NCBI GenBank assembly: GCA_040882525.1
Contig: JBBEBD010000056.1
Location: 7,451-71,450 of the forward strand
From: Balneolaceae bacterium
GTDB lineage: Bacteria > Bacteroidota > Rhodothermia > Balneolales > Balneolaceae
Length of the DNA: 64,000 bases
Reading direction: 5' to 3'
Under the pieces are notes generated by a model. The model was given only the letters and a program-made list of their open reading frames with translations, searched no databases and was not told the origin of the DNA. Shown piece after piece: positions 47,546 through 59,553 of this stretch (position 1 is the stretch's first letter; each line of letters begins with the position of its first letter). The position numbers and the translations under genes are program-made.

Positions 47546-47956
47546 TCAGGATTCAACCAGCCCGTTATCCAGTCCGTATTTCTGGCCATGGGTAACTTCA
47601 TTCAGGATATCTTTCGGTTCGTTGTTTTCATCAACCACAACTACCGTCGGCTTGAATGTTTTGGCTTCTTCAGGCTCCATTTCGGCGAATGCCATCACAA
47701 TCACACGGTCATTCACCTGTGTGAGCCGGGCGGCGGCGCCATTCATGCAACAAATCCGGCTCCCCTTTTCGCCGGGAATAATATAGGTTTCCAAACGCGA
47801 TCCATTAGTGATATTTACTACCTGAACTTTTTCATAAGGCAGCAGATTTGCCATTTCAAGCAATTCTTCATCAATGGTGATACTGCCCTCATACATGAGG
47901 TTCGCTTCTGTCACCCTCATCTGGTGCAGTTTGGATTTAAACATCGAAAGTTTCAT
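47546..47956 (-). CDS. panD: aspartate 1-decarboxylase
   Basis: [29 protein letters not shown] aligns with E. coli PanD, including the Gly-Ser self-processing site (YEGS). Confidence 0.9.
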   Translation of the reverse strand: MKLSMFKSKLHQMRVTEANLMYEGSITIDEELLEMANLLPYEKVQVVNITNGSRLETYIIPGEKGSRICCMNGAAARLTQVNDRVIVMAFAEMEPEEAKTFKPTVVVVDENNEPKDILNEVTHGQKYGLDNGLVES

Positions 47957-47957
47957 A

Positions 47958-48815
47958 CTAAACCTGCTTCAATTCTATCAGTATATTGTCTATTAACCGG
48001 GTTTTCCCGAGCCACACCGCACCGGCCAGTATATATTCGGTTTCTTTTTTTAACACATCCACCGGTTGCAGCGTTTTTAACGAAAACATATTAAGATAAT
48101 CAATTTTAAAACGTTTTGCCTCCAGTTCACTTTTCTGATGTTCTAACAACAAAGAAGGATTGGTAACACCCCCCTCGATCTGTTTTTTTATGTACTGAAG
48201 TGAGCGATAAAGTCCCGGAGCAGCTTTTCTTTCTTCATCATCCAGATATGCATTCCGGCTGCTTAATGCAAGGCCGTCATTTGCCCGCGTTATCGGCTGC
48301 ATAACCAGTTCTACATCATGATTAAATTCATGTACCATCCGGCTGATAATCCGGAACTGCTGAATGTCTTTCTGGCCGAATACAGCCACATCCGGCTGTA
48401 TGATGTTGAATAACTTATTTACAATCAGCAGAATTCCTTCAAAAAAACCGGGCCGGCTTTTCCCGCACATATGGCTGTTCAATTCATCTATCTCTATGCG
48501 CAGGTATTTTTTTTCGTTATAAATTCCGCTGCGATCAGGTGTAAAAACCACGGAAACATTTTCCTGTTTACATTTTTCCAGATCTTCAGTTAACTCTCTT
48601 GGATAACTGTCGTAATCTTCATTGGGGCCAAACTGCTCGGGATTCACAAAAACAGAAACAATAACAACATCAGAATGCTCATGAGCCCGCCGGATGAGAG
48701 ATATATGTCCTTCATGAAGTGCTCCCATTGTAGGTACAAAACCAATGCGCTTTCCATCCATTTTCAGAGAATGGATTTCAGAGCGCACTTCCTGAATTGT
48801 TCTGCAATGTTTCAT
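47958..48815 (-). CDS. panC: pantoate--beta-alanine ligase
   Basis: [20 protein letters not shown] and other PanC blocks are present. The stop is 1 nt from the panD start. The ATG at 48815 (MKHCRTIQE...) is favoured over the track start at 48848. Confidence 0.9.
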   Translation of the reverse strand: MKHCRTIQEVRSEIHSLKMDGKRIGFVPTMGALHEGHISLIRRAHEHSDVVIVSVFVNPEQFGPNEDYDSYPRELTEDLEKCKQENVSVVFTPDRSGIYNEKKYLRIEIDELNSHMCGKSRPGFFEGILLIVNKLFNIIQPDVAVFGQKDIQQFRIISRMVHEFNHDVELVMQPITRANDGLALSSRNAYLDDEERKAAPGLYRSLQYIKKQIEGGVTNPSLLLEHQKSELEAKRFKIDYLNMFSLKTLQPVDVLKKETEYILAGAVWLGKTRLIDNILIELKQV

Positions 48816-48893
48816 AGAAAGGTTTTCCCAACGTGCTAAAGAGGTCACTCAAAGAAAAAGCAGATTAACCAGCTCTGCCACTCTAATAAAAAG

Positions 48894-50609
48894 TTAAATA
48901 GCTCTTTCCGGATCAAATTCTTCAAGAAGTTGTTTGATACGGCCGATAAATGCGCCGCCGTGTGCACCGTCTATAATGCGGTGATCGTAGCTCATAGAGA
49001 GATACATTTTATGACGGATGGCAATAACATCTCCTTCTTTTGTTTCAATCACTACCGGCCGTTTTTCAATCACACCTGTACCCAGAATAGCGACCTGCGG
49101 CTGGTTGATAATAGGAGTTCCCATCAGATTGCCAACACTACCGTAATTGGTAAGAGTAATGGTACCTCCCACCAGGTCATCCGGATTCAGATCTTTATCC
49201 CGGGCCTTCAGGGCCAGATCATTCACCGCCTTGGCTATACCGGCAAGGTTTTTATCCTGTGCATGCTTAATCACCGGGACAATCAATCCGCCTTTGCCGC
49301 CTTCTCCAAGCGCAACCGCCAGACCGAAATTAATGTCTTTTTTAATGTGGATTTCATCTCCGTCCACAGAGCTGTTAATCAGCGGATATTCCCGGATGGC
49401 CTGGATAAATGCTTCAATAAAAATTGGTGTGAAAGTGAGTTTAATACCTGTCTGTTCCAGGAATTTTTTCTTATTGGCATTTCTCCATTTTACAATATTG
49501 GAAACGTCCACATCACTAAAAGTCGTTACGTGAGCGGATGTTTGTTTTGATCGTACCATATGGTCGGCTATCATCTTGCGCATACGGTCCATCTTCACAA
49601 TTTCCACATTCTCATGCGGCCGGGTTACATTCAGCTCACCGGCTGAAATTTTGCCGGATTCTCCGCCTGATGGCTGTTTTTGTGGCTGAGTGGCAGGCCG
49701 TGAAGGAGCTTTTACTTTCCCGGCTTTTTTATCTTCCACATAACCTAAAATATCTTTTTTGGACACCCGGCCGTCTTTGCCGCTTCCTTCAATGGTATCC
49801 AGTTCTTCCTGGCTGATTCCTTCTTCTTTGGCAATCGACCGCACAAGCGGGGAGAAAAACCGGCCGTCACTTCCTATTCTCTGAGGTGCAGTACCCCCCT
49901 CAGCCGGAACCGATTCTGCCTGTTGCGAACCGTTTGTTGGTGACGCAGAAGCTGTTTTTTCTTTTTCAGCTTTAGCGGATGTACTTTTGGCTGCACCTGA
50001 AGCCGCTGCTTTTCCGGTTGCAATAATAGCAATCGGCTGGCCCACTTCAATGGTATCACCGGCTTCAACTAAAATCTGAGCCAGTATGCCGCTTTCAGGG
50101 GACGGTACTTCGGTGTCTACTTTATCCGTAGCGATTTCGAGAAGAGTTTCATCAACTTCAACTTTATCCCCAACTTTCTTAGCCCACTCAATAACCGTTC
50201 CCTCCATTACAGATTCACCCATCTGGGGCATCACAACTTCAATCTGCTCCCCGTTATCACCGGAAGGGGCAGGTGCTTCCTGCTTTTTTTCCGGCTGCGC
50301 TTTCTGTTCAGCCGGTTCTTCTTTTTCTGCTTTCGGGGAGGAATCATCAGAGGCAACCGAAGCATCTCCTTCAGTATCAATAATGGCAATAGGCTGTCCT
50401 ACTTCAATCGTTTCATCAGCTTCTACTAAAATTTCCACAAGTACGCCCGCTTCAGGTGAGGGTACTTCCGTATCTACTTTATCAGTAGCGATTTCCAGAA
50501 GTGTTTCATCAACCTCAACTTTATCCCCTACTTTTTTTGCCCACTCAATAACAGTTCCCTCCATTACAGATTCGCCCATCTGGGGCATCACAACTTCAAC
50601 CTTTGCCAT
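48894..50609 (-). CDS. 2-oxoacid dehydrogenase E2 component (dihydrolipoamide acyltransferase) with two lipoyl domains
   Basis: It has two lipoyl domains with the motif EIATDKV, Ala/Pro/Glu-rich linkers, a subunit-binding domain (SPLVRSIAKEEGI) and a catalytic domain with SYDHRIIDG. Confidence 0.88.
   Translation of the reverse strand: MAKVEVVMPQMGESVMEGTVIEWAKKVGDKVEVDETLLEIATDKVDTEVPSPEAGVLVEILVEADETIEVGQPIAIIDTEGDASVASDDSSPKAEKEEPAEQKAQPEKKQEAPAPSGDNGEQIEVVMPQMGESVMEGTVIEWAKKVGDKVEVDETLLEIATDKVDTEVPSPESGILAQILVEAGDTIEVGQPIAIIATGKAAASGAAKSTSAKAEKEKTASASPTNGSQQAESVPAEGGTAPQRIGSDGRFFSPLVRSIAKEEGISQEELDTIEGSGKDGRVSKKDILGYVEDKKAGKVKAPSRPATQPQKQPSGGESGKISAGELNVTRPHENVEIVKMDRMRKMIADHMVRSKQTSAHVTTFSDVDVSNIVKWRNANKKKFLEQTGIKLTFTPIFIEAFIQAIREYPLINSSVDGDEIHIKKDINFGLAVALGEGGKGGLIVPVIKHAQDKNLAGIAKAVNDLALKARDKDLNPDDLVGGTITLTNYGSVGNLMGTPIINQPQVAILGTGVIEKRPVVIETKEGDVIAIRHKMYLSMSYDHRIIDGAHGGAFIGRIKQLLEEFDPERAI
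50019..50600 (-). repeat. internal tandem duplication encoding the two lipoyl domains (357-nt offset)
   Basis: Amino acids 4-52 and 123-171 are identical at 49 of 50 positions. The underlying 140-nt stretches 50461-50600 and 50104-50243 differ at roughly a dozen positions by eye. Confidence 0.85.
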
Positions 50610-50838
50610 GTTGTTTTTTTCTTTTTAAACCGATTGTGAATACATTTTTTGTGTAACAAAAATAATGTTCATAAAGATCAGAATAAACAGTATCAGATCA
50701 AAATGAAGGAGCGACGTTTAACAAGGTTTCACCCACAGAAAAACGCTTTCATCTTTTCATAACTCCGGCATCTGATATTTCGCTTTAAGCCACAAACTGC
50801 TATACTCTCAGGTTAGGAGTTAATCAAATATGTAAAAC

Positions 50839-51213
50839 ATGCGTTCTTTTTTTATCATCCTGGTTTCCACGTGGTTTCTGAATCTAATATTACCCTGGTG
50901 GTCTGTTGTGATCCCGGCTCTTTTAACCGGGGCATGGTTTTTTGATCGCGGGCTCCGGGCATTTTGTGTTGGTTTCACCGCGGCGGGGTTCGCCTGGCTG
51001 CTGCCGGCTCTTTACATTCATTTTGCAAATGATGCCATTTTGTCTACACGTATAGCTGAAATGATGCAGGTTGGCTCCCCCTGGATTCTGTTAATCATAA
51101 CATTTTTAATCGGCGGCCTGGCAGGTGGTTTAAGCGCACTGCTCGGCTTCATGATAAAAGTTGTTTTCCGGCCGGAATCAACCCCGCCCATATCTGATGA
51201 TACCACTGCTTAA
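50839..51213 (+). CDS. small hypothetical membrane protein (about 4 TM)
   Basis: 124-aa hydrophobic ORF (MRSFFIILVSTWFLNLILPWWSVVIPALLTGAWFF...). I recognise no family. It lies 62 nt upstream of the AbgT gene on the same strand. Confidence 0.45.
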   Translation: MRSFFIILVSTWFLNLILPWWSVVIPALLTGAWFFDRGLRAFCVGFTAAGFAWLLPALYIHFANDAILSTRIAEMMQVGSPWILLIITFLIGGLAGGLSALLGFMIKVVFRPESTPPISDDTTA

Positions 51214-51275
51214 ATCTGACAATAGCCATCAGGGAATTTTTAACACCTCTATTTTCCATTTAATCTGTCTGATCC

Positions 51276-52958
51276 ATGAGTGAATATCCGAAAACAGATG
51301 ACCCGAATGTTCCTGAAGAAGGGACACAGAAAAAAACATTATTTACCCGTTTTCTTGACTTGATTGAATGGCTTGGCAACCTGCTGCCCCACCCGGTCAC
51401 ACTTTTTGCTCTTTTTGCAATAGGAGTGGTTTTACTCAGCGGGGTTGCTGAATGGCTGGACTGGTCTGCCCCCGATCCGAGACCCGAAGGAGCTGCCGGG
51501 CGGGCACCGGATGGGGTAATTGAACCTGTCAGCCTGCTAAATGGAGAGGGTTTCAGGAGAATCGTGGTTAACATGGTTTCCAATTTTACAAATTTTGCTC
51601 CTCTTGGGGTGGTTTTAGTTGCTCTCCTGGGTGTTGGCGTAGCCGAACATTCCGGGCTGATCAGCGCCTGTATCCGAGGGATTGTTCTGAAAGCCGCTTC
51701 TTTCAAACCTTCGGCAGGGTCAGCTTCCATCCTGAAAAGAACGTTCAATTTTATACTGAATCCAAAAAACCTGGTCACCATTGCCATCTGTTTTGCCGCT
51801 GTGATATCGAATACGGCATCAGAAATGGGTTATGTGGTCCTGGTGCCTCTTGCTGCTGTTATTTTTCACTCAATGGGACGACACCCGCTTGCCGGACTTG
51901 CCTGCGCCTTCGCCTGTGTTTCAGGCGGATACAGTGCTAATCTTTTAATCGGAACCATTGACCCTCTTTTAGCCGGCCTTACACAGGAAGCCGCCATGCT
52001 GATCGATCCTGGTTATACAGTTCACGCTGCGGTGAATTACTACTTCATGTTCATCAGCACGTTTCTGATCACAGCCACCGGAACATTTGTCACACTCCGG
52101 ATTGTAGAACCTAAACTTGGAACTTATGATGAAAGCATGGCGATGGAGGATGTATCTGACGAAGTTTCCATGGAGCCGCTCACATCAAAAGAGAAAAGAG
52201 CACTTGCCTGGACCGGGGTTTCCGTTCTGGTGATGGCAGGCCTGCTCGCGCTGACAATTATTCCTGAAAACGGAGTACTTCGTAACCCGGAAACGGGAGA
52301 AATGCTGAACTCTCCTTTTCTGAATGGAATTGTAACTTTTATTTTTATCGGGTTTCTCATTCCCGGCTTTGTTTACGGCCGCCTGGCCGGAACGATGAAA
52401 GACGACCGCGATGTCATCAAAGGCATGTCGAATGCCATGGCAACGCTTGGTCTTTATATTGTGATTGTCTTTTTTGCAGCACAATTTGTGGCTTATTTCG
52501 GGTGGAGTAATCTCGGGCAGATTTTTGCCGTAAAGGGAGCGCAACTTTTACAGGACATGGGAATGACCGGCCCGATTATTTTTATAGGATTTATTCTTGT
52601 TTCGGGCTCTGTAAACCTGATGCTGGGATCAGCGTCTGCCCAGTGGGCGGTTACAGCTCCTATCTTTGTACCCATGCTGATGCTGATCGGCTACAGCCCG
52701 GAAGTCATCCAGGCTGCATATCGAATCGGAGATTCCGTAACCAATATCATCACACCTATGATGAGTTACTTCGGATTGATTCTCGCGTTCGCTAATAAAT
52801 ATGATAAAGATCTTGGTATCGGAACGATTATCGCCATGATGCTTCCTTACAGCATCTTCTTTTTAATCGGCTGGATAGCCATTTTCTACATCTGGGTGTT
52901 TGGCTTTGGCCTTCCGGTCGGGCCGGAGGCGCCTACGTATTACCTGATGGGGCAGTAA
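51276..52958 (+). CDS. AbgT-family transporter (p-aminobenzoyl-glutamate / antimetabolite efflux family)
   Basis: 560 aa, polytopic. The N-terminus is typical of AbgT (FTRFLDLIEWLGNLLPHPVTLFALFAIGVVLLSG), as are later blocks (GDSVTNIITPMMSYFGLILAF). Confidence 0.82.
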   Translation: MSEYPKTDDPNVPEEGTQKKTLFTRFLDLIEWLGNLLPHPVTLFALFAIGVVLLSGVAEWLDWSAPDPRPEGAAGRAPDGVIEPVSLLNGEGFRRIVVNMVSNFTNFAPLGVVLVALLGVGVAEHSGLISACIRGIVLKAASFKPSAGSASILKRTFNFILNPKNLVTIAICFAAVISNTASEMGYVVLVPLAAVIFHSMGRHPLAGLACAFACVSGGYSANLLIGTIDPLLAGLTQEAAMLIDPGYTVHAAVNYYFMFISTFLITATGTFVTLRIVEPKLGTYDESMAMEDVSDEVSMEPLTSKEKRALAWTGVSVLVMAGLLALTIIPENGVLRNPETGEMLNSPFLNGIVTFIFIGFLIPGFVYGRLAGTMKDDRDVIKGMSNAMATLGLYIVIVFFAAQFVAYFGWSNLGQIFAVKGAQLLQDMGMTGPIIFIGFILVSGSVNLMLGSASAQWAVTAPIFVPMLMLIGYSPEVIQAAYRIGDSVTNIITPMMSYFGLILAFANKYDKDLGIGTIIAMMLPYSIFFLIGWIAIFYIWVFGFGLPVGPEAPTYYLMGQ

Positions 52959-53225
52959 GATGTATCAAACGGAAGAACTGACGAACAAAAAAAATGTTTA
53001 ACTGACGAAGTTTTTCCTAACCCATTCCGGGGATGTTTCTTTCTCCGTTCTTCTGTTCTTTTGTTTTTAGCTATTTCGGGCTGATTCCCGCGTTCGTGAA
53101 CTAAAGGAGATTCTTATAATCTTATCCATTAAAAGAACCTGAGTTCGAGATAAAATGTCGAACTGGAGTCTCCCCTCCTGTGTAAGTGTTTTGTTTTGGG
53201 ACATAGGTAACACCCATTCGGGGAC

Positions 53226-53257
53226 ATGGGTAACACTTTCATGAAAGTGTTACCCAT
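53226..53257. terminator. perfect 32-bp palindrome between convergent abgT-family and gltD genes (bidirectional terminator candidate)
   Basis: ATGGGTAACACTTTC-AT-GAAAGTGTTACCCAT followed by AAAAATTTTT. The left arm is also directly repeated at 53198-53213 (GGGACATAGGTAACAC versus GGGACATGGGTAACAC). Confidence 0.6.
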
Positions 53258-53388
53258 AAAAATTTTTCATAGACTAACCAGAAAAATGGAGGTGTCTGTG
53301 CCCTGGAAAAAGGAGGAGACTTTTTCGTACCACATATAATGATTTGATACCGAACTCACATTAATTAAAAAAGAGAATATCAGAATTC

Positions 53389-54873
53389 TCAGGGAAGTTC
53401 AGTACTTCCCGTCAGCCAGCGATCGCATTCCCGTGCGGCTCCCCTGCCTTCGTTGATGGCCCAAACGATCAGACTTTGGCCCCTGCGCATATCACCTGCA
53501 GCAAAAACACCTTCCACATTTGTATTAAAAGAACCATGTTCCGCTTTGGCATTGGATCGATTATCTTTTTCAACTTCAAGCTGATCTAAAACGGGGTTTT
53601 CAGGCCCGAGAAAACCCATTGCCAGAAGTACAAGATCGGCTTCCCAGACCTTTTCAGTCTCTTTGATTTCTTTGGGCATCATACGTCCGTTATCACCGGA
53701 TACCCACTCGATCTGTACAGTATGAAGCTCCTTTACATTACCGTTACCATCACCGACAAACTTTTTGGTCATCACCTGGTACTGCCGGGGATCGTCACCA
53801 AATACCGATTTCGCTTCTTCCTGGCCATAGTCCACCTTGTAGATATTCGGCCATTGTGGCCATGGGTTTTCATCAGCCCGCTGATCGGGTGGTTTGGGCA
53901 AAATTTCGAACTGAGTAAGATTTTTGCAGTTGTGGCGCATGGAAGTGCTCACACAGTCGGTACCGGTGTCTCCCCCGCCAATCACAATAACGTTCTTATC
54001 TTTAGCTGAGATATACTCACCATCTTCATGGTTTGAATCCAGCAGGCTTTTGGTGTCAGCATGAAGAAATTCCATGGCAAAATGAATCCCATTCAATTCC
54101 CGTCCCTCAATGGGCAGATCCCGGGGTTTTGTTGCTCCTCCGGCAAGAATGAGTGCATCATGTTTCTTTTTCAGTTCAGGAGCCGGGATATCTGTTCCGA
54201 TTTCAGTACTGGTAACAAATTCCACTCCTTCTTCTGCCAGCAGATCCACCCGGCGTTTTACAATTGATTTATCGAGTTTCATATTCGGAATTCCGTAAGT
54301 CAGCAGCCCCCCGATACGATCAGCCCGTTCATAAACCGTTACTTTGTGGCCTGCTTTATTTAATTGTGCAGCGGCCGCCAGGCCAGCCGGTCCGGAACCG
54401 ACAATGCCGACGGTTTTGCCGGTTCTCTTTTCCGGGGGATCAGCAACAACCCAGCCTTCTTCAAAACCTTTGTCAATGATTGCCTGTTCAATACTTTTTA
54501 TAGCTACCGGCGGATCGGTAATACCGAGCACACAGGATCCTTCACACGGAGCGGGACATACACGCCCGGTAAATTCCGGAAAATTATTTGTTTTGTGGAG
54601 TCGCTGAAGGGCTTCTTTCCACTTACCCTGGTAAACCAGGTCGTTCCATTCCGGTATCAGGTTATATACCGGACAGCCCAGTGATTTGCCTCCTATTTCA
54701 GAACCTGTCTGGCAAAAAGGAATACCACAGTCCATACAGCGGGCTCCCTGTTTTTGCAGCTCTTCTTCAGACAGCGGTTCGTAAAATTCATCCCAGCTTT
54801 TAACCCTTTCTTCTGGTTTGCGGTAAGGAGTAGACTTCCGCTGATACTCCATGAAACCGGTTAGCTTACCCAT
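53389..54873 (-). CDS. gltD: glutamate synthase (NADPH) small subunit
   Basis: Two Cys clusters are present ([18 protein letters not shown]), along with the dinucleotide fold [17 protein letters not shown] and a second GGGDTG fold. Confidence 0.93.
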   Translation of the reverse strand: MGKLTGFMEYQRKSTPYRKPEERVKSWDEFYEPLSEEELQKQGARCMDCGIPFCQTGSEIGGKSLGCPVYNLIPEWNDLVYQGKWKEALQRLHKTNNFPEFTGRVCPAPCEGSCVLGITDPPVAIKSIEQAIIDKGFEEGWVVADPPEKRTGKTVGIVGSGPAGLAAAAQLNKAGHKVTVYERADRIGGLLTYGIPNMKLDKSIVKRRVDLLAEEGVEFVTSTEIGTDIPAPELKKKHDALILAGGATKPRDLPIEGRELNGIHFAMEFLHADTKSLLDSNHEDGEYISAKDKNVIVIGGGDTGTDCVSTSMRHNCKNLTQFEILPKPPDQRADENPWPQWPNIYKVDYGQEEAKSVFGDDPRQYQVMTKKFVGDGNGNVKELHTVQIEWVSGDNGRMMPKEIKETEKVWEADLVLLAMGFLGPENPVLDQLEVEKDNRSNAKAEHGSFNTNVEGVFAAGDMRRGQSLIVWAINEGRGAARECDRWLTGSTELP

Positions 54874-54948
54874 AATCTATATTTTGCTTTATTATAAAAT
54901 ATATTGAATACTATTCTGTCGGCTTCTTGCCGATAGCTCAAACACCAC

Positions 54949-57900
54949 TTAAGCATCCTCTGTGGCTGGAACCTTGTCTTCTTTGCTCTTTTGGAAAGCT
55001 TCCATAAGAGCATCCTCTTCATTGAAACCTCGTTTTTTAGCTTCATCGATAGATTCCAGTATTTTCTTAAAGTCTTTCGGCATTACCTTCACGAATTTAG
55101 GAATCATCTCTTCCCACTTTGCCAGGACTTTCCAGCCCATGTTGCTATCGGTATAGTCACAGTGTTTCCGAATCATCTGCTTCACTTCCAGGACTTCCTC
55201 TTCATCCTCAAGGCGTTCCAGGTGCACCATATCCGTATTACAGGAATGTTCAAAAATATCTTCCTGATCCAGAACATAGGCGATACCTCCTGACATACCG
55301 GCAGCAAAGTTACGTCCGGTTGATCCCAGTACAACGACGCGGCCGCCTGTCATATATTCACAGGCGTGATCGCCCACTGCCTCCACAACAGCCTTTACAC
55401 CACTGTTACGTACGCAAAACCGTTCACCGGCCATTCCCCGAATATAAGCTTCTCCGCTGGTAGCCCCATAGAAAGAGACATTCCCAACTATAATATTTTC
55501 CTCTGGTTTGAAATTTGACCGGTCATCGGGGTAGAGGATCAGTTTCCCGCCAGATAATCCTTTGCCGAAATAATCATTGGCATCACCCTTTAACTCAAGG
55601 GTCATCCCACGGGGTATAAAGGCGCCAAAGCTCTGACCGGCCGATCCTTTAAACCTCAGGTGTATTGTATCTTCAGGGAGGCCTTCACGTCCATAACGCC
55701 GGGTTACTTCACTTCCCACGATTGTACCGACTACCCTGTTAATATTTCTCACAGGAAGTTTTGCTTTTACCGGCTCCTTATTGGCAAGCGCAGGCTCACA
55801 AATATCCATCAAAGTCTGAATATCGAGTGAGTTCTCCAGTCCGTGGTTCTGTTGAATACTAAACCGGGTTCCAACCTCATCGCCTGCTTCAGGTTTATGA
55901 AGAATAGGGGAAAGATCGAGGTACTTGCCTTTCCAGTGGTCAGTCTTGCGCTGTTTCAGTTTATCAGAACGGCCGATCATTTCGTCGATGGTACGGAAAC
56001 CAAGTTTTGCCATATACTCCCGCAAATCCTGAGCTACAAATTTCAGGAAGTTCACAATGTATTGGGGATCACCTTTAAATTTATGGCGGAGTTCGGGATT
56101 TTGTGTTGCAATCCCTACCGGACATGTATCAAGATGGCATACCCGCATCATGATGCACCCAAGTGTAATTAACGCACTGGTTCCAAATCCATATTCCTCT
56201 GCTCCAAGCAGGGCTGCAATGGCAACATCACGGCCGGTTTTAATCTGTCCGTCTGCCTCAAGTGTCACACGGCTTCGGAGATCATTAAGAACCAGGGTCT
56301 GGTGAGTTTCGGCAAGACCAAGTTCCCATGGCAATCCTGCATGCTTAATGCTGGTTTGGGGGGATGCACCGGTCCCCCCGTCATGGCCGCTGATCAGAAT
56401 AACATCTGCATGGCCTTTGGAAACACCGGCTGCGATTGTACCCACCCCTACCAGAGACACCAGCTTTACATTGATTCGGGCATCTTTATTAGAGTTTTTC
56501 AGATCGTGAATCAGTTGAGCAAGATCCTCAATTGAATAAATATCATGATGCGGAGGAGGAGATATTAAACCCACACCGGGAGTTGACAGGCGTACTTTTG
56601 CAATCCACGGATAAACTTTAATTCCCGGTAATTCTCCGCCTTCACCCGGCTTGGCACCCTGTGCCATTTTAATCTGTATTTCATCCGCCTGGGTAAGATA
56701 TTCGCTTGTTACTCCAAAACGCCCTGAAGCTACCTGTTTTGTGGCACTACTACGTGAGTCCCCATTCGGGTCTAATGTATATCGCCTTGGATCTTCACCT
56801 CCCTCTCCCGAATTACTTTTTCCGCCCAGCCGGTTCATTGCAATGGCGATGGCTTCATGCGTCTCCTGGCCTATCGATCCAAAAGACATTGCTCCGGTCT
56901 TGAACCGTTTGCAGATTGACTCTACAGACTCCACCTCCTCAATAGGAATAGGTTCCTCCTCAAAGTTAAAATCCAGCAAATGCCTTAGTGTTGGCGGCGG
57001 ATCCAACTGATCATCGATAAGCCTGGCATACTCTTTATATAGTTTATAATCGCCGGTTTTACTTGCAAACTGAAGTGTATGCACCGTTTCAGGGTTATAC
57101 ATATGGTACTCCCCTTGCCGGCGCCATTTGTATTGTCCGCCTTCACTCAGTACCTGCCCGTTCAGACGGGTATCCGGAAAAGCCTCTTTGTGTCGCATCT
57201 GCGCTTCTTCAGCGATGCTATTTAGCCCGATACCGCCAATCCTGGAGTCAGTCCACGAAAAGTATTTATCAATCACTTCCTTCCCGACTCCCAGGGCTTC
57301 AAAAATTTGGGCACCGCGGTATGATTTGATCGTTGAGATACCCATCTTCGACATCACCTTGACAATACCTTTGACAACGGCTTTATTATATCCCTTCACA
57401 GCACGCTCATAATTGATATCCTTAATCATGCCTTCCCGGATTAAGTCGTACAGGCTTTCGTATGCCATGTATGGATTCACCGCATCCACTCCATAGCCAA
57501 GCAGCGTGCAGAAGTGATGGGTTTCACGGGGTTCCCCGGATTCAAGTACGATACCGACTTTTGTTCGGTTACCAGTCCGGATCAGGTGATGATGCAGCCC
57601 TGCTACTGCAAGCAACGCTGGGATCGGCACCTGGTTACGATTAAAATCTTTGTCCGATAATATCAGGATATTGATATCTTTTTTGATTGCTTTATCGGCA
57701 GCTTTGAACATTTCATCGAGAGCCTTCTCGAGTCCCTTCCCTCCGGAACCGGCTTTAAAAACGATCGGAAGTTTCTGGCTGTTGAAACCCTTAAGTTTCA
57801 GATTACGCAACTGTTCCATCTCCTCGTTTGTCAGTATTGGAGATGACAATTCAATCTGGCGGCAGCTTTCAGGAGTAGGATTTAAAATATTACCCTGGCT

Positions 57901-59553
57901 TCCGAGAATCGTTTCGGTTGAAGTAATCAATTCTTCACGTATCGGGTCAATAGGAGGATTGGTAACCTGTGCAAACAACTGTTTAAAATAGTTGAACAGT
58001 AACTGGGGTTGATTCGACAAGACCGCTATCGGCGCATCATTTCCCATTGCACCTACAGGCTGAAGCATATTTTCTGCCATGGGCCCAACATTCACCCGAA
58101 GGTCTTCATAGGTATAACCGAATACTTTTTGCCGGTGGATCACTTCCTCGTGACTGATATCCGGCTCCCTGTATGTCAGCTTTTCCGTAACCTTATTAAA
58201 GTTTATTAGATTTTCTTTAAGCCATTCGCCATAGGGATGTTCAGTGGCAATCTCTTTTTTGATCTCTTCATCACTGATGATCCGGCCTTTTTCTGTATCG
58301 ATCAACAGCATACGGCCCGGCTGAAGACGTTCTTTTTGAACTACATCGTCCACATGAATGTCCAGTACTCCGACTTCAGACGCCAGTACAACGGTATCAT
58401 CCCGGGTTACATAATAGCGCGAAGGACGCAACCCATTACGGTCCAGTGTGGCACCAACAACTTTGCCGTCGGTAAATGCAATAGAGGCCGGCCCATCCCA
58501 CGGTTCCATCAGGCAGCTATGATATTCATAAAATGCCCGCTTATCTTTATCCATGCTCTTATGTTTTTCCCAGGGTTCCGGGATCATCATCATCATCACA
58601 TGTGGAAGGGAGCGTCCACTCAATGCAAGAAATTCCAGGCAGTTGTCAAACTTGCCAGAGTCACTTCCTTCATCCTGAATGATGGGGAAAACTTTTTCAA
58701 TGTCATCGCCAAACAATTCAGAGGCAAACTGACTTTCACGTGCACGCATCCAGTTTTGATTACCTTTCAAAGTATTGATCTCACCATTGTGGATCATATA
58801 TCGGTATGGATGTGCCAGCTTCCAGCTGGGGAATGTATTAGTACTAAACCGTGAGTGAACCAAAGCTAATGCAGATTCCATCCCCGGATCTTCAAGATCC
58901 GGAAAGAATGTCTCCAGTTGTTTCGGCGTTAACATACCCTTATAAATGATGGTCCGGCATGAAAGACTTGAAATGTAAAAAAGATCTTTTTCTTTGATAT
59001 TCAGTTCCGCCTCTTCAATAGCCCGGGTAGCACGCCGGCGAATTATAAACAGTTTTCGCTCAAAATCGAGATCCGTTTTCAGATCATCATTCCGTCTGAT
59101 AAACAGTTGACGGAAGGAGGGCTCGGATGCCCTGGCAGTTTTTCCCAGATGAAAGTTATCGGTGGGAACTTTTCTCCAGCCAAGAACTTCCATGCCTTCA
59201 TCCCCGACAATTTTTTCGACAATTTTTTCACAAGGGCGCCTGTCTTCCCTGTCACCGGGAAATGAAATCATCCCGACACCATATTGGCCGGGCTCCGGAA
59301 GGTCGATACTTATACCTTCACAGGATTGCTCTAAGAATTTGTGGGGGATCTGCATCAAAATACCAGCCCCATCTCCGGAATTCGCCTCGCTACCGGTTGC
59401 CCCGCGGTGATCAAGATTCCTTAAAACCGTAATTGCCTGTTTTACGATTTTGTTAGATTGTTTGCCTTTTAAATTTACAACAAACCCAATACCACATGCA
59501 TCGTGTTCATGATCCGGATTATATAATCCTTGCTTGTTCGGGACATTATTCAT
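54949..59553 (-). CDS. gltB: glutamate synthase large subunit
   Basis: 1534 aa. It has the Ntn amidotransferase Cys (HDACGIGFV), the FMN/3Fe-4S region ([13 protein letters not shown]) and the C-terminal GXGXG beta-helix region. Confidence 0.95.
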   Translation of the reverse strand: MNNVPNKQGLYNPDHEHDACGIGFVVNLKGKQSNKIVKQAITVLRNLDHRGATGSEANSGDGAGILMQIPHKFLEQSCEGISIDLPEPGQYGVGMISFPGDREDRRPCEKIVEKIVGDEGMEVLGWRKVPTDNFHLGKTARASEPSFRQLFIRRNDDLKTDLDFERKLFIIRRRATRAIEEAELNIKEKDLFYISSLSCRTIIYKGMLTPKQLETFFPDLEDPGMESALALVHSRFSTNTFPSWKLAHPYRYMIHNGEINTLKGNQNWMRARESQFASELFGDDIEKVFPIIQDEGSDSGKFDNCLEFLALSGRSLPHVMMMMIPEPWEKHKSMDKDKRAFYEYHSCLMEPWDGPASIAFTDGKVVGATLDRNGLRPSRYYVTRDDTVVLASEVGVLDIHVDDVVQKERLQPGRMLLIDTEKGRIISDEEIKKEIATEHPYGEWLKENLINFNKVTEKLTYREPDISHEEVIHRQKVFGYTYEDLRVNVGPMAENMLQPVGAMGNDAPIAVLSNQPQLLFNYFKQLFAQVTNPPIDPIREELITSTETILGSQGNILNPTPESCRQIELSSPILTNEEMEQLRNLKLKGFNSQKLPIVFKAGSGGKGLEKALDEMFKAADKAIKKDINILILSDKDFNRNQVPIPALLAVAGLHHHLIRTGNRTKVGIVLESGEPRETHHFCTLLGYGVDAVNPYMAYESLYDLIREGMIKDINYERAVKGYNKAVVKGIVKVMSKMGISTIKSYRGAQIFEALGVGKEVIDKYFSWTDSRIGGIGLNSIAEEAQMRHKEAFPDTRLNGQVLSEGGQYKWRRQGEYHMYNPETVHTLQFASKTGDYKLYKEYARLIDDQLDPPPTLRHLLDFNFEEEPIPIEEVESVESICKRFKTGAMSFGSIGQETHEAIAIAMNRLGGKSNSGEGGEDPRRYTLDPNGDSRSSATKQVASGRFGVTSEYLTQADEIQIKMAQGAKPGEGGELPGIKVYPWIAKVRLSTPGVGLISPPPHHDIYSIEDLAQLIHDLKNSNKDARINVKLVSLVGVGTIAAGVSKGHADVILISGHDGGTGASPQTSIKHAGLPWELGLAETHQTLVLNDLRSRVTLEADGQIKTGRDVAIAALLGAEEYGFGTSALITLGCIMMRVCHLDTCPVGIATQNPELRHKFKGDPQYIVNFLKFVAQDLREYMAKLGFRTIDEMIGRSDKLKQRKTDHWKGKYLDLSPILHKPEAGDEVGTRFSIQQNHGLENSLDIQTLMDICEPALANKEPVKAKLPVRNINRVVGTIVGSEVTRRYGREGLPEDTIHLRFKGSAGQSFGAFIPRGMTLELKGDANDYFGKGLSGGKLILYPDDRSNFKPEENIIVGNVSFYGATSGEAYIRGMAGERFCVRNSGVKAVVEAVGDHACEYMTGGRVVVLGSTGRNFAAGMSGGIAYVLDQEDIFEHSCNTDMVHLERLEDEEEVLEVKQMIRKHCDYTDSNMGWKVLAKWEEMIPKFVKVMPKDFKKILESIDEAKKRGFNEEDALMEAFQKSKEDKVPATEDA

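Noticed and set aside
47588-48094. 168-aa plus-strand ORF across panD/panC
   Set aside because: It is antisense to two well-supported genes and has no motifs.
48930-50628. Plus-strand ORFs 48930..49550, 49147..49533 and 50086..50628 (the last has an internal repeat)
   Set aside because: All are antisense to the E2 acyltransferase gene. The repeat in 50086..50628 is the mirror image of the lipoyl-domain duplication.
51260-51787. 175-aa minus-strand ORF
   Set aside because: It is antisense to the AbgT-family transporter gene. It is Ser/Pro/Ala-rich with no motifs.
58237-58854. 205-aa plus-strand ORF, and other plus-strand ORFs within 54949..59553
   Set aside because: They are antisense to gltB, whose 1534-aa product is unambiguous.
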